Virus record (IMG/VR): IMGVR_UViG_3300012167_000015
Location: 1 to 45,790 of that record
Reading direction: 5' to 3' (one strand)
Length of the DNA: 45,790 nucleotides
DNA from: a virus
Taxonomy: Duplodnaviria > Caudoviricetes
Of the stretch, positions 28,690-36,987 are shown piece after piece. Every line of letters starts with the position of its first letter. The stretch's first letter is position 1. Below the pieces are notes generated by a model, which saw nothing but the letters and a program-made list of their open reading frames with translations, was not told the origin of the DNA and did not search any database. A program made the position numbers and the translations under genes.

Positions 28690-29069
28690 CGGAGGAGGTC
28701 CGGGAGCTGGGCGGCGCCGTCGACGAAGTCTGGGGTGTGCCGGTCGAGGGCGGGGCCCATGAAGGCGTGGGGTGCCATCTTCACGGTGCCGAACTCGAGG
28801 TGAGGCGCGTACTCGGTGGTCGGCCCGATCTCGGCTTCGAGGGAGAATCCGGAGAGCGGCCCACCGGACGGTGTCGACGCGTGGATCGAGGACTTGGTGG
28901 TGCCGGTGTCGACCGGCACGAGCTGCTGGGCGGTGCCGACCACCCGGTAGGCGGTGGCGCGCACGAGGGCGGAGCCGGCCCGGCGGGTCTCCCGGTCGGC
29001 TGTGACCGTGAGGTCGGCGACGAGGGTGTTGAGCCCTTCCATCTCGATGAGGAAGTCGTCGGCCATCAC
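28686..29069 (-). CDS. HK97 gp10-like neck protein
   Basis: AQQLVPVDTG..SSI, EYAPHLEFGTVKMAPHAFMGPA. Confidence 0.9.
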   Translation of the reverse strand: MMADDFLIEMEGLNTLVADLTVTADRETRRAGSALVRATAYRVVGTAQQLVPVDTGTTKSSIHASTPSGGPLSGFSLEAEIGPTTEYAPHLEFGTVKMAPHAFMGPALDRHTPDFVDGAAQLPDLLR

Positions 29070-29515
29070 GCCTCCGGGGTCGGGTGCTCGGGGTGGTCCT
29101 CGAGGAGCAGGTAGCGGTTGACGGCGAAAGTGCTGTAGTGCACGTCCCGCACGATCAGGGGCCGGCCGACCAGCTGCTCGTCGTCGGACCGGTCGAGGAC
29201 GAGGACGTCGTCGACGAGGATCTGATCGGCCCCGTACGGCAGGGACGCCCGATACCGGTGGAGGGTGACGGGCTGGTCGCCCTGGTCAATGTCGCCGCGC
29301 TGCTGCGACGGCTCCGCCTGCACCCGCAGGTCCCCGGTGTACACGGTGGCGCCCGCTGCCGGCGTCAGGACCTTCGTCACCGGGTCGATGGTCGGAGCCG
29401 CGTCGCTGGGCCGGAAGATTAATCCGTGGTCCGGGAGCCCGGCGTCACCGACCGCCGACCGGCGAAGATTCTCGTGGAATCGCGGGTGCATCAGCCGGCT
29501 GTTCGGCAGCGGCAT
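29066..29515 (-). CDS. Head-to-tail stopper (DUF6093-like)
   Basis: TVYTGDLRVQ..YRASLP..SDDEQLVGR; gene order. Confidence 0.8.
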   Translation of the reverse strand: MPLPNSRLMHPRFHENLRRSAVGDAGLPDHGLIFRPSDAAPTIDPVTKVLTPAAGATVYTGDLRVQAEPSQQRGDIDQGDQPVTLHRYRASLPYGADQILVDDVLVLDRSDDEQLVGRPLIVRDVHYSTFAVNRYLLLEDHPEHPTPEA

Positions 29516-29904
29516 CAGACCAGCCCGCGATCGACCTGCCGCCAGAAGCGCTCGCGCTGGCCGAACACCGGGTCGGCGAACTCCGCAACCGCGAAGTCGT
29601 CCGTCGCGTCGGCGGCGTCGTCGTCAGCCCGGGCCCGGAGCTTCTCGGCCCGCTTCAGGAGCGAATCGGCGACCTTCGCCCCGTCGGTCTGCACATCGAG
29701 CGTGCGGATGACCTTGAGGACGAGAGCCTGGTCGACCGCGACCGTCTCGAGGGCGAGCGCGGCGGCCCGGAACACGTTGGACCCTTCGAGGGCGAGGAAC
29801 GTGTCGATCTCGTCGTTGGTGAAGAGACGGACGTCCTCGTCGTCGGAGGTGTCGGTGACAAGGAGCCGTACGCGCCCCGCGTCGGTGTTGGGGTCGTAGG
29901 CCAC
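29515..29904 (-). CDS. Head-to-tail adaptor
   Basis: GRVRLLVTD..LFTNDEIDTFL..AAALALE; GGAGGAG RBS. Confidence 0.85.
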   Translation of the reverse strand: MAYDPNTDAGRVRLLVTDTSDDEDVRLFTNDEIDTFLALEGSNVFRAAALALETVAVDQALVLKVIRTLDVQTDGAKVADSLLKRAEKLRARADDDAADATDDFAVAEFADPVFGQRERFWRQVDRGLV

Positions 29905-29924
29905 AGACAGCTCCTCCCGTCAGG

Positions 29925-30001
29925 TGGTGGCGAGACACCGGAGTCGCACCGGCTTCGTTCTCGGGTAATGAGCCCGAGCGAGATCTGACCTCCCGCTCGC
30001 A
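29925..30001 (-). tRNA. Non-canonical tRNA-Met(CAT)/initiator-like element
   Basis: 77 nt: TGCGAGC GG GAGG-TCAGA-TCTC G CTCGGG-CTCATTA-CCCGAG AACGAA GCCGG-TGCGACT-CCGGT GTCTCGCC A CCA. Three G-C pairs in the anticodon stem, 1:72 mismatch, encoded CCA. Confidence 0.6.
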
Positions 30002-30023
30002 CGACCTGATCAGTGGCGACGGA

Positions 30024-31202
30024 TCAGGTGCCGTCGCCCTGGCTGGCCACAGTGGCCTTCTGGCCGCCCGTGGAGATGAGCCGGGTGCCGCCGAACACGT
30101 GGCGGACCTTCCACTGCACCGTGTCGGTGTCGAAGTCGGCCAGGTCGCCGTCCGGGCCCGCGGTGCCGCCGACGCGCTGGGCGTCGGAGCGCTTCATGAA
30201 CAGAGCCGGCTCGGTGTGGCCCCGCAGGAAGCCGACCTCGAGGGCGGGGCGTCCGTCGGCAGGGTTCGCGAACAGCGCCCACATCGTGTTGCCGTTGGCG
30301 GTCGACGCCACGATCGGGATGTACGGGTCGACGACCAACTTGAGCCGGTTGCTCATCCAGTTCTGGGCGATGAGCCGCTGGTTAGCGGTGCCGCCCTGCT
30401 CGACGATCTCCAGCTGGATGGCGTTGAGGATGTTCTGGGCAGTGACCTCCAGCGCCGGGGGCACCACGAGGGTGACCGAGTCGATGAAGATCGGCTCGCC
30501 GTCCTCGTCGCGCTGCGCGGCGAGCACCGTGTACGCCGTCTGAAGGGCCGCGATGCTCAGCACCGGGTTGCCGGTCACGATGTTCGCGAACGGTGCCGTG
30601 TAGAGCGAGGCGTGGGGCCCGTTGGCGTCGACGTAGAGGTCGGTCACGAACCGTTGCACCGACCGGCGGGCGCCGCGGGCGAGCCGCTCGGGGAGCGCAC
30701 GGAAGGCGTCGAGGTCGTCGTTGACCAGGGTCTCCCACGACAAGGGGAGTCGGCGGCCGTACTTGCCGACCCGGTACTGGTCTCGGGACTCCTCGAGCGT
30801 CGCGGCCGGGTACGGGGCCTGCTCCGCGACGGCCTCGAGGGCGCCCTCGGCGCCGTCGATCGCGTGGCGGGACACGAGCCGGAAGTCCGGGACCGTCGAG
30901 GTCCGGGCGTAGGCGCGCCACACCTCGGGGATCTCCCGGTAGGCGGCGAGGAGCTGCCGGTCGAGGATGTCACCGAAGAGCAGCGGGAAGTCGCTGGTGG
31001 TGAGCGCCTCCTGCAGGTGGTACATCGGCCGGCGGCCTTCGGACACGTCGGCGACCAGGTTGGCCGCCTCGGTGAGCTGCGACATGTAGCGGGCGTCGCT
31101 GTGGTGGCCGCGCACTCGGGTCTCGCCGTCGAAGAGCCGACGGACGTCGGCCTCGGACGCGGCGATCGTCTCGAGCGTGTCGGCCATCGTTGCAGTGGGC
31201 AT
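30024..31202 (-). CDS. Major capsid protein (Mu gpT-like)
   Basis: TTSDFPLL, VPDFR, KYGRRLPLSWETLVNDDL, LVVPPALE, LEVGFLRG, KVRHVFG. Confidence 0.93.
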   Translation of the reverse strand: MPTATMADTLETIAASEADVRRLFDGETRVRGHHSDARYMSQLTEAANLVADVSEGRRPMYHLQEALTTSDFPLLFGDILDRQLLAAYREIPEVWRAYARTSTVPDFRLVSRHAIDGAEGALEAVAEQAPYPAATLEESRDQYRVGKYGRRLPLSWETLVNDDLDAFRALPERLARGARRSVQRFVTDLYVDANGPHASLYTAPFANIVTGNPVLSIAALQTAYTVLAAQRDEDGEPIFIDSVTLVVPPALEVTAQNILNAIQLEIVEQGGTANQRLIAQNWMSNRLKLVVDPYIPIVASTANGNTMWALFANPADGRPALEVGFLRGHTEPALFMKRSDAQRVGGTAGPDGDLADFDTDTVQWKVRHVFGGTRLISTGGQKATVASQGDGT

Positions 31203-31231
31203 GGTTGGTCCTTCCTCTCTGATCGTCTCGC

Positions 31232-31612
31232 TCAGGCCGCCGGGCGGGGCGGCAGGAGGAGGACGCGGATGGTGCTGGTGGCGCCGGATGCGACGGCTTC
31301 GAGGGCGATGCCGAAGTCGGTGCCGTTGGTGATGTCGACGTTGACCTCGCCGTCGGTGTCGACGACGACGAGCTCACCGATCGACACGGCGGCGTTGCCG
31401 GCGCCGTCCTCGCCCTTCACGGGGAGGTCGAACACCCACGCCGGGTCGATCGCGCAGGTGGCGTGGAGGGCGGCGTTGCCACCCTCGCCTTCGGCGGTGA
31501 TCGTCACCGCGGGGACGACACCGAAGATGATGAGCGCGGTGCCGGCGGCGGTGCCGTCAGGGACGGGCAGGCTGAGCTTGCCGACCGGCTCGAAGATCTC
31601 GTTGGTGGCCAT
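31232..31612 (-). CDS. Capsid cement/decoration protein (DUF2190-like)
   Basis: MATNEI..VFDLPV..FGIALEAVASG. Confidence 0.8.
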   Translation of the reverse strand: MATNEIFEPVGKLSLPVPDGTAAGTALIIFGVVPAVTITAEGEGGNAALHATCAIDPAWVFDLPVKGEDGAGNAAVSIGELVVVDTDGEVNVDITNGTDFGIALEAVASGATSTIRVLLLPPRPAA

Positions 31613-31615
31613 GGG

Positions 31616-31996
31616 TCAGTCCTCCTTGGAGGGGGGGTTGAGGACCGACTCGATGTGCTCGAGCACGGTCTTGCGGGGGTCGGGGCGGTCGGCCTCGGTG
31701 GCCTGCGCCTGGGTGGCACGGTCGATGTCGTCACCGATCCAGTCGATGAGCTCGGCCGCGGTGGTCGGGAGCTCGTCGATGCCGGCGTCGGCCAACTTCT
31801 GCTTGAGCTCATCGATGCGAGCCTTGAGCGGGGCAGTGGCCTTCTCGACGGCCTTGTCGATGTCGCTGACGGGGCCGCCCGCACGTTCCCAGCCCTGCTG
31901 CTCGAGCACGCCGGCAACCTCGGGGGTCACCCAATGTGCCTCGTCGCCACGAGTGACCTCGACGGTGCGAGGATCATCCTTCTTGGGCTTGACCAT
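31616..31996 (-). CDS. Hypothetical head-module protein
   Basis: Ends in TAAELIDWIGDD..RA....E....PRKTVLEHI, a motif typical of small actinophage head-module proteins. Confidence 0.7.
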   Translation of the reverse strand: MVKPKKDDPRTVEVTRGDEAHWVTPEVAGVLEQQGWERAGGPVSDIDKAVEKATAPLKARIDELKQKLADAGIDELPTTAAELIDWIGDDIDRATQAQATEADRPDPRKTVLEHIESVLNPPSKED

Positions 31997-33579
31997 CAGG
32001 CCCTCCCGGCCGTCGCGACCTTGGCGGCCTTGTCGTCGAGGCCGAGCCGGCTGAACGCCTTTTCGAGGCCCTCGACCGCGGCCTCGTCGACGGCAGCGGC
32101 GGCGTCACCGACACCGCGCACAGGCGACCCGGTGGCCTCGTCGAGGTACTTCACCTCGTCGTCGACGGCCGCCTTGATGGCCTCGTCGAGCTTGGTCGTG
32201 TCGAGCTTCCCGTCGTCGGTGGCCTCGACGGCCTTGGAGAGGGACTCGACGAGCCGGGTCTGGGTGACCTGCGGGAGGCCCTTGACCTTCTCGTTGGCGG
32301 CGACGTGCCGCCCTGCGGCTTCGACGAGGAGGGCCTCTTCGGCGCGCTGGGCCCGTTCCTCGGCGGCGGTGAGCTTGGCGGCGGACTCGTCGACCTCGCT
32401 GCCGGGCGCCGGCGGGGCGGTGATGACGCCGGTCTCGGTGAGCTGGGTGATGACAGCGGTGGCCGCCTCGGCAGCGATCGCGGCCCGCTCCTCTTGGGTG
32501 ATGGGCATTGTCTGGTCCTCCTTGGACTCAGGGGTGGTCGCTGCGGGGTCGGCCCACAGGTCTCGGGTGAGGAGCTGGGGAGCCAGGTCCTCGACGGTCT
32601 GGGAGAAGGCGTCGAGCGCGGCGCCGATGCCGTTGGAGAGCGCGATGCGCTCCTCCTTGGTCAGGTGGCCCTGTCCGAACATGTCGTCAGCCCGCGTCGT
32701 GAAGTCGACGTGGATCCGGGACTGCATCCACTCGGCGATATTGCGGGCCTCGTCGACCGGCTCGTAGGTGGTGCGCACATCGACCTTGGTCGGTTCCCCG
32801 TCGGCCAGGGTGACGTCGTCACCATCGATCGTGTAGCCGAGGAGGTAGCAGCCGGGCCCGGGGTCGCCTTCGAGCTTGAACACGACGTTGTCGTCGTCGA
32901 AGTCCCGAACCCACAGGTAGTGGCCGTCGTCCTGCGGGAACCGCTCGCGCAGGGCGGTGCGGAACTTCTGGCGGAGGTCGTCGTTCCACATGCCGGCCTC
33001 ACGCGCCGCCTCGAGCACGGCGAGGACCTGGCCGCCACGGCCGGGCTTGGTGACGAAATCGATCGACAGACCCTCGACAAGCCGCTGCACGATCCGGCCC
33101 TTGCGGCCCTCGGCTTCGCCGGCAGAGATCTCAGCGCCGGCCCGGATCGACACGCCGATGTGCTCGGCCATCTCGGCGAGGACGTCGCGGTACTGGGAGA
33201 AGACCTTGGCTTCGGCGTACAGGCCGGGCCCGGCCGGGTGGACGTCGCGCCACACGGCACCGGTCTCGGTGACCGCGGCGAGGTCACGGAGCGAACGTTC
33301 GGGCCGGTCGCCGCGTTCGGTGATCGTCGGGTGGTCCCAGAACATCTGGGTGCCGGCGGGGAACACGCCGTCGCCGGCAGCCGCCTCGAGCACGGCGGCC
33401 GAGTAGTAGCCGGAGGTGCCCCACCCGGGCGAGATGATCTTGATCGGCGCTGTGCCGTCGGGCCGGATGGCGGCTTCGTCGAGGGCAACCAGGTCGCCGA
33501 CGATCCGGGTGGGCGCGCCGACCGATGACTCGTGGAGGAGGCGCATCTGGCGCTGCCGGTTGCGCTTGGCGCTGGCCAT
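31996..33579 (-). CDS. Capsid maturation protease / scaffold fusion
   Basis: IISPGWGTSGYYS, MFWDHPT, IGVSIRA, SIDFVTKPGRGG, followed by a helical scaffold; AAGGAGG RBS before ATG 33579. Confidence 0.88.
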   Translation of the reverse strand: MASAKRNRQRQMRLLHESSVGAPTRIVGDLVALDEAAIRPDGTAPIKIISPGWGTSGYYSAAVLEAAAGDGVFPAGTQMFWDHPTITERGDRPERSLRDLAAVTETGAVWRDVHPAGPGLYAEAKVFSQYRDVLAEMAEHIGVSIRAGAEISAGEAEGRKGRIVQRLVEGLSIDFVTKPGRGGQVLAVLEAAREAGMWNDDLRQKFRTALRERFPQDDGHYLWVRDFDDDNVVFKLEGDPGPGCYLLGYTIDGDDVTLADGEPTKVDVRTTYEPVDEARNIAEWMQSRIHVDFTTRADDMFGQGHLTKEERIALSNGIGAALDAFSQTVEDLAPQLLTRDLWADPAATTPESKEDQTMPITQEERAAIAAEAATAVITQLTETGVITAPPAPGSEVDESAAKLTAAEERAQRAEEALLVEAAGRHVAANEKVKGLPQVTQTRLVESLSKAVEATDDGKLDTTKLDEAIKAAVDDEVKYLDEATGSPVRGVGDAAAAVDEAAVEGLEKAFSRLGLDDKAAKVATAGRA

Positions 33580-33616
33580 GGCGTCCTCCTTGACGAGAGT
33601 CGTAGCGTTGAGGTCC

Positions 33617-33772
33617 TTGGGGCAGGACGACGATCGGGACTGCATCGGGCACCTGTGGCGGCTCGGCGACGTCGACTTCCGCACCGACGGTTCATGGACC
33701 GAGTACCGGTGCGAACGATGCGACGCCCAGCTGCTCGTCCCCCCGCACGGCGAGCACCCGGAGACCGCATGA
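33617..33772 (+). CDS. Small zinc-ribbon-like protein, antisense insertion
   Basis: DCIGHLW...YRCERCD; TTG start 8 nt after TAGCGT; ATGA-coupled to the next ORF. Confidence 0.5.
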   Translation: MGQDDDRDCIGHLWRLGDVDFRTDGSWTEYRCERCDAQLLVPPHGEHPETA

Positions 33773-34014
33773 AGGAGCGCCACACCGTCAAGGTCGAAGG
33801 TGGCCCGAGAACCTTCTCCAACGTCGAAGCCACACTCGAGGAGGAGGGTCTCGCGATCAGCGGACCGAAGCCGATGGAACGGCGAGGCGGCGGTGTGGTG
33901 GAGAACGTCGTGTGGGTGTTCGTGGCCATCGGCACCGAGAAAGCACTCGAAGCAGCGATCGCCAAGATCCGCCAGAAGTGGCCAGACATCCGCCTACGGA
34001 TCCGCAAGGACTAG
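33769..34014 (+). CDS. 81-aa hypothetical protein, antisense insertion
   Basis: GGAG RBS; MKERHTVKVEGG...; shares its CTAG stop with the convergent MuF gene. Confidence 0.65.
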   Translation: MKERHTVKVEGGPRTFSNVEATLEEEGLAISGPKPMERRGGGVVENVVWVFVAIGTEKALEAAIAKIRQKWPDIRLRIRKD

Positions 34015-35066
34015 GCCGCGACGTCCTTCGCCGGCGTCGGCACGTACGAGTCGCGCCATCCCGAAGTGCGGCGGCGTTGGAACATGTCGCCCCACGAAGC
34101 CTTGCCCGAGTTGAGCGCGCTGAGCCGGTCGGGACCCAAGATCTTCAGTTGCGTCGTCTCCGGTTGGCCGGCGAACCACTCAGGCCCGGTGCGCACACTC
34201 GAGACCGGTTCACGCATCGAGAACCCGAGATCACGCCACGGCTTCACCACCGGCGTGCGGGCACACCGGCCGTTCTGGTGATCCCACGGGCCCGCCTCCT
34301 CGAGCGAATGCACGCTGCCGTGCTGGGCCACACACGACGGACACGTACGGCCGTCCAGCTGCGCCGACCACATCCACCCCTGCAGCACGTCGGCGTTCGC
34401 CGCCTGCTGCGCGCCCGCCGCGACCCGGTAGGCATCCAGCATCTCGGTCCGGGCGATCGTGAGCGCCCGGGCGAGCCCGCCATTGAACCGCCCCTCGACC
34501 ATCTTCAGCATCCGGCGCGCCACCGACCGGGGCGACTGGCCGGCCGGGACACCATGGATCAACGCCCGGAGCATCTGCTCGGTCGCCTGCCGCGACAACG
34601 GCCGATTCAGGCTCGCGATCCGCTCGGTAGAACGCTCCACGATGGCGTCGAGCGCCTCGCGTGACACCCGGTCGAACCGGACCGCCACCTGCGCCACCGA
34701 ACCTTCGGTCTTCGGGAGCTGCGAGGCGATGAGCCGGGCATTGCCGCCCCCCGTCGCGTTCACGATGTCCGCCAACGTCACAGACAGGCGCCGGCCCTGG
34801 AGAGCCAGGACCCGGTCGATCGATTCGCGAGCCGCTTCGATCGCGTCGCGGGCCCGGGCCAGCCGGCGCACGTGACCGGCGGTGACGATCTCCCCGGACT
34901 GGGCGAGCTCGATGATCTCGGCGGCCGCCAGCTCGAACTCGCGGACCACCTCGTCCCATGCCCGCGCCCACGCCCGGGTGAGCGCCCGGGTCTCATCATC
35001 GGCGGCGGCCTTCACGGCCAGGCGAAGCTCGCGCGCCACCCGTTCGGTCTCCTTGGTGACGCTCAC
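34011..35066 (-). CDS. MuF/gp7-like minor capsid protein
   Basis: RALTIARTE, WSAQLDGRTCPSC..HG, DHQNGRC. Confidence 0.9.
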   Translation of the reverse strand: MSVTKETERVARELRLAVKAAADDETRALTRAWARAWDEVVREFELAAAEIIELAQSGEIVTAGHVRRLARARDAIEAARESIDRVLALQGRRLSVTLADIVNATGGGNARLIASQLPKTEGSVAQVAVRFDRVSREALDAIVERSTERIASLNRPLSRQATEQMLRALIHGVPAGQSPRSVARRMLKMVEGRFNGGLARALTIARTEMLDAYRVAAGAQQAANADVLQGWMWSAQLDGRTCPSCVAQHGSVHSLEEAGPWDHQNGRCARTPVVKPWRDLGFSMREPVSSVRTGPEWFAGQPETTQLKILGPDRLSALNSGKASWGDMFQRRRTSGWRDSYVPTPAKDVAA

Positions 35067-35344
35067 GTAGTCCGCCAGACGTGACCTTCGTCGAGAAAGC
35101 CATGCCAACCGGTGACGTTGTGGCCGTCGAACGTCTTGATCGAGGCGCGAATCTCGACTGAACCGTCGTCGCATTCGCGGAACGTGTGGGGCGGCTGGCA
35201 CACCCGGTGCAGCCAGCCCGATCGGATCGGGTGGTCGTCGCGCTCCGGGGCGTTGGGCGGAACGAAGAAGATGTTGTCCTCGAAGCCGCCGGTGTCGCCG
35301 GGTCGCGCGAGCTCGTCGATCGTCTCGACCCGCCGTCCGATCAA
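35063..35344 (-). CDS. Hypothetical protein, possibly DUF6527-like
   Basis: DGSVEIRASI...WHGFLDEGHVW C-terminus; 4-bp overlaps on both sides. Confidence 0.6.
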   Translation of the reverse strand: MIGRRVETIDELARPGDTGGFEDNIFFVPPNAPERDDHPIRSGWLHRVCQPPHTFRECDDGSVEIRASIKTFDGHNVTGWHGFLDEGHVWRTT

Positions 35345-36966
35345 TCCTCGTCCTCGTCGTCGCCGAGCGGTTCGGCCGGATCGAGGCCATGCCGGGCCCG
35401 GTCCACTGCCAGCTGGCCCAGCTCGCGCTGGCGCTGCTCGAGACGCTCCGGCAACGCCGCCACCAGCTCGTCGACGTCATCCACCCCCAGGGCGGTGAGC
35501 AGCAGCCGAAGGATCACGGCCGGGTCGATCAGCTCGGACCCTTCGGCCACCATGATCGCGTCGACCCTCGCCTTGACGTCGTCCTCGAGGATCGGCGGGA
35601 ACACCACATCCACCGTCCGCCGCTCAGCACCCGACACCGTCTCACCGTCGACCTTGACGTCGGGGACGACCATGCGCGCCCGCCCGTCCGGGCCGCGCTC
35701 CTCCGTACCGGCCAGCGGCCCGCCAGGCGCCCGGATCGCCCAGTCGATCGCGTAGTTGCACAGGTCCCGGATCATCTCGGCGTGGACCCGCTGCCGACCG
35801 ATCATCTGCAGCTCAGTCGGCCGGTCCAACGTCTTCGCGGTCGCCCAGTTCCCCTGGTCCGAGTCGCCCATCAGCATCGTGTACGGCAGACCGAGGGCGG
35901 CGGACACCATCTTGGCGAGCCACACCCCGTCCTCCGACGCGACCGTCGCACCCGACTTCTGGATCGGTGTCAAGTCAGCGGTTTTCGACGTGAACACCGC
36001 GCCGGCCACCGGCGACGGATTCGTCTCCGGGCTACCCGCCGGTGCCGTCGCACCCAGCCGGGCGGCCGCCGCGGACGGGTTCTTGGTGCCCGTGAGCTTC
36101 CATGCGAACCGTGACAGGGAACGGACGATGGTGGCCCAGTCCTCGAGGAACAGCTTGTAGGCCCTCGCCCAGTCGATCGCCGCGTACGTCTCCGGCACCC
36201 CGAAGCGCATCCCGTCGAGCCCGCCCAGCGACACGTGGTAGAGCGGCGACGCCCAGCGCACCTGGATCCGGTCGATCGACTCGGGCCGGATGCGAGGGCG
36301 GTACCGCCAATCCGGGTACCAGGCCTCCCGGCTGACCGTTAGGAACCCCAGGGAGGTGCCGGCGGACTGGAACCGGCGTTCGGTCCAGCGGCGCAGGTAG
36401 AACCACGGCTCCGTGCGATCGTCCGGGTTAACGACGACGTCACGGATCTCGTCGATGTTGATCGACCGGACCGACACGTGCCCGGTGAGCTCGTTGGGGA
36501 ACAGCAGGAGCACCAGGTTGCCGTCGGTGGTGAGCGCCCGGTCCTTCGCCGGCAACGCCACATCGGAGAAGAGCGTCTTGGCGTTCCCGGGGTCGTCGAG
36601 GAACGGCTGGATCACCTCGACGTTGATCTCGTCATCGCGGGCGGAGATCTCGACGCCCTGGCCGAACACGTAGTCGGCCTTCAGGTGCACGCCCCGCCGG
36701 ATGAGCGGGTTCTTGAGGGTGTTGAGCCGGGAGAGGGCGACGATCCGGTCGATGCCGTCGCGGGAGAACTCCCAGTCGGTCTCCATCGAGAGACGGGCCC
36801 AGCCGACGTCGTCGAGGGCGAGCTCGAGCTCGGCGAGCCGCTCCTGCAGGTAGTCGTTCTGCGCGCCTTCGCCGGCAAGCTGCTCCCGGAGCTCGGTGAG
36901 GGCCTCGTCGACCCGGGCGTTGAGCGCGACGTCGTCGATCGGGGTGCGGCGGCCAAGGATCTGCAC
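35341..36966 (-). CDS. Portal protein
   Basis: NPLIRRGV..YVFGQG, DGNL, GNWATAKTLDRPT; directly after TerL. Confidence 0.9.
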   Translation of the reverse strand: MQILGRRTPIDDVALNARVDEALTELREQLAGEGAQNDYLQERLAELELALDDVGWARLSMETDWEFSRDGIDRIVALSRLNTLKNPLIRRGVHLKADYVFGQGVEISARDDEINVEVIQPFLDDPGNAKTLFSDVALPAKDRALTTDGNLVLLLFPNELTGHVSVRSINIDEIRDVVVNPDDRTEPWFYLRRWTERRFQSAGTSLGFLTVSREAWYPDWRYRPRIRPESIDRIQVRWASPLYHVSLGGLDGMRFGVPETYAAIDWARAYKLFLEDWATIVRSLSRFAWKLTGTKNPSAAAARLGATAPAGSPETNPSPVAGAVFTSKTADLTPIQKSGATVASEDGVWLAKMVSAALGLPYTMLMGDSDQGNWATAKTLDRPTELQMIGRQRVHAEMIRDLCNYAIDWAIRAPGGPLAGTEERGPDGRARMVVPDVKVDGETVSGAERRTVDVVFPPILEDDVKARVDAIMVAEGSELIDPAVILRLLLTALGVDDVDELVAALPERLEQRQRELGQLAVDRARHGLDPAEPLGDDEDED

Positions 36967-36987
36967 GGCGTCACCCCCCTTGGATGG

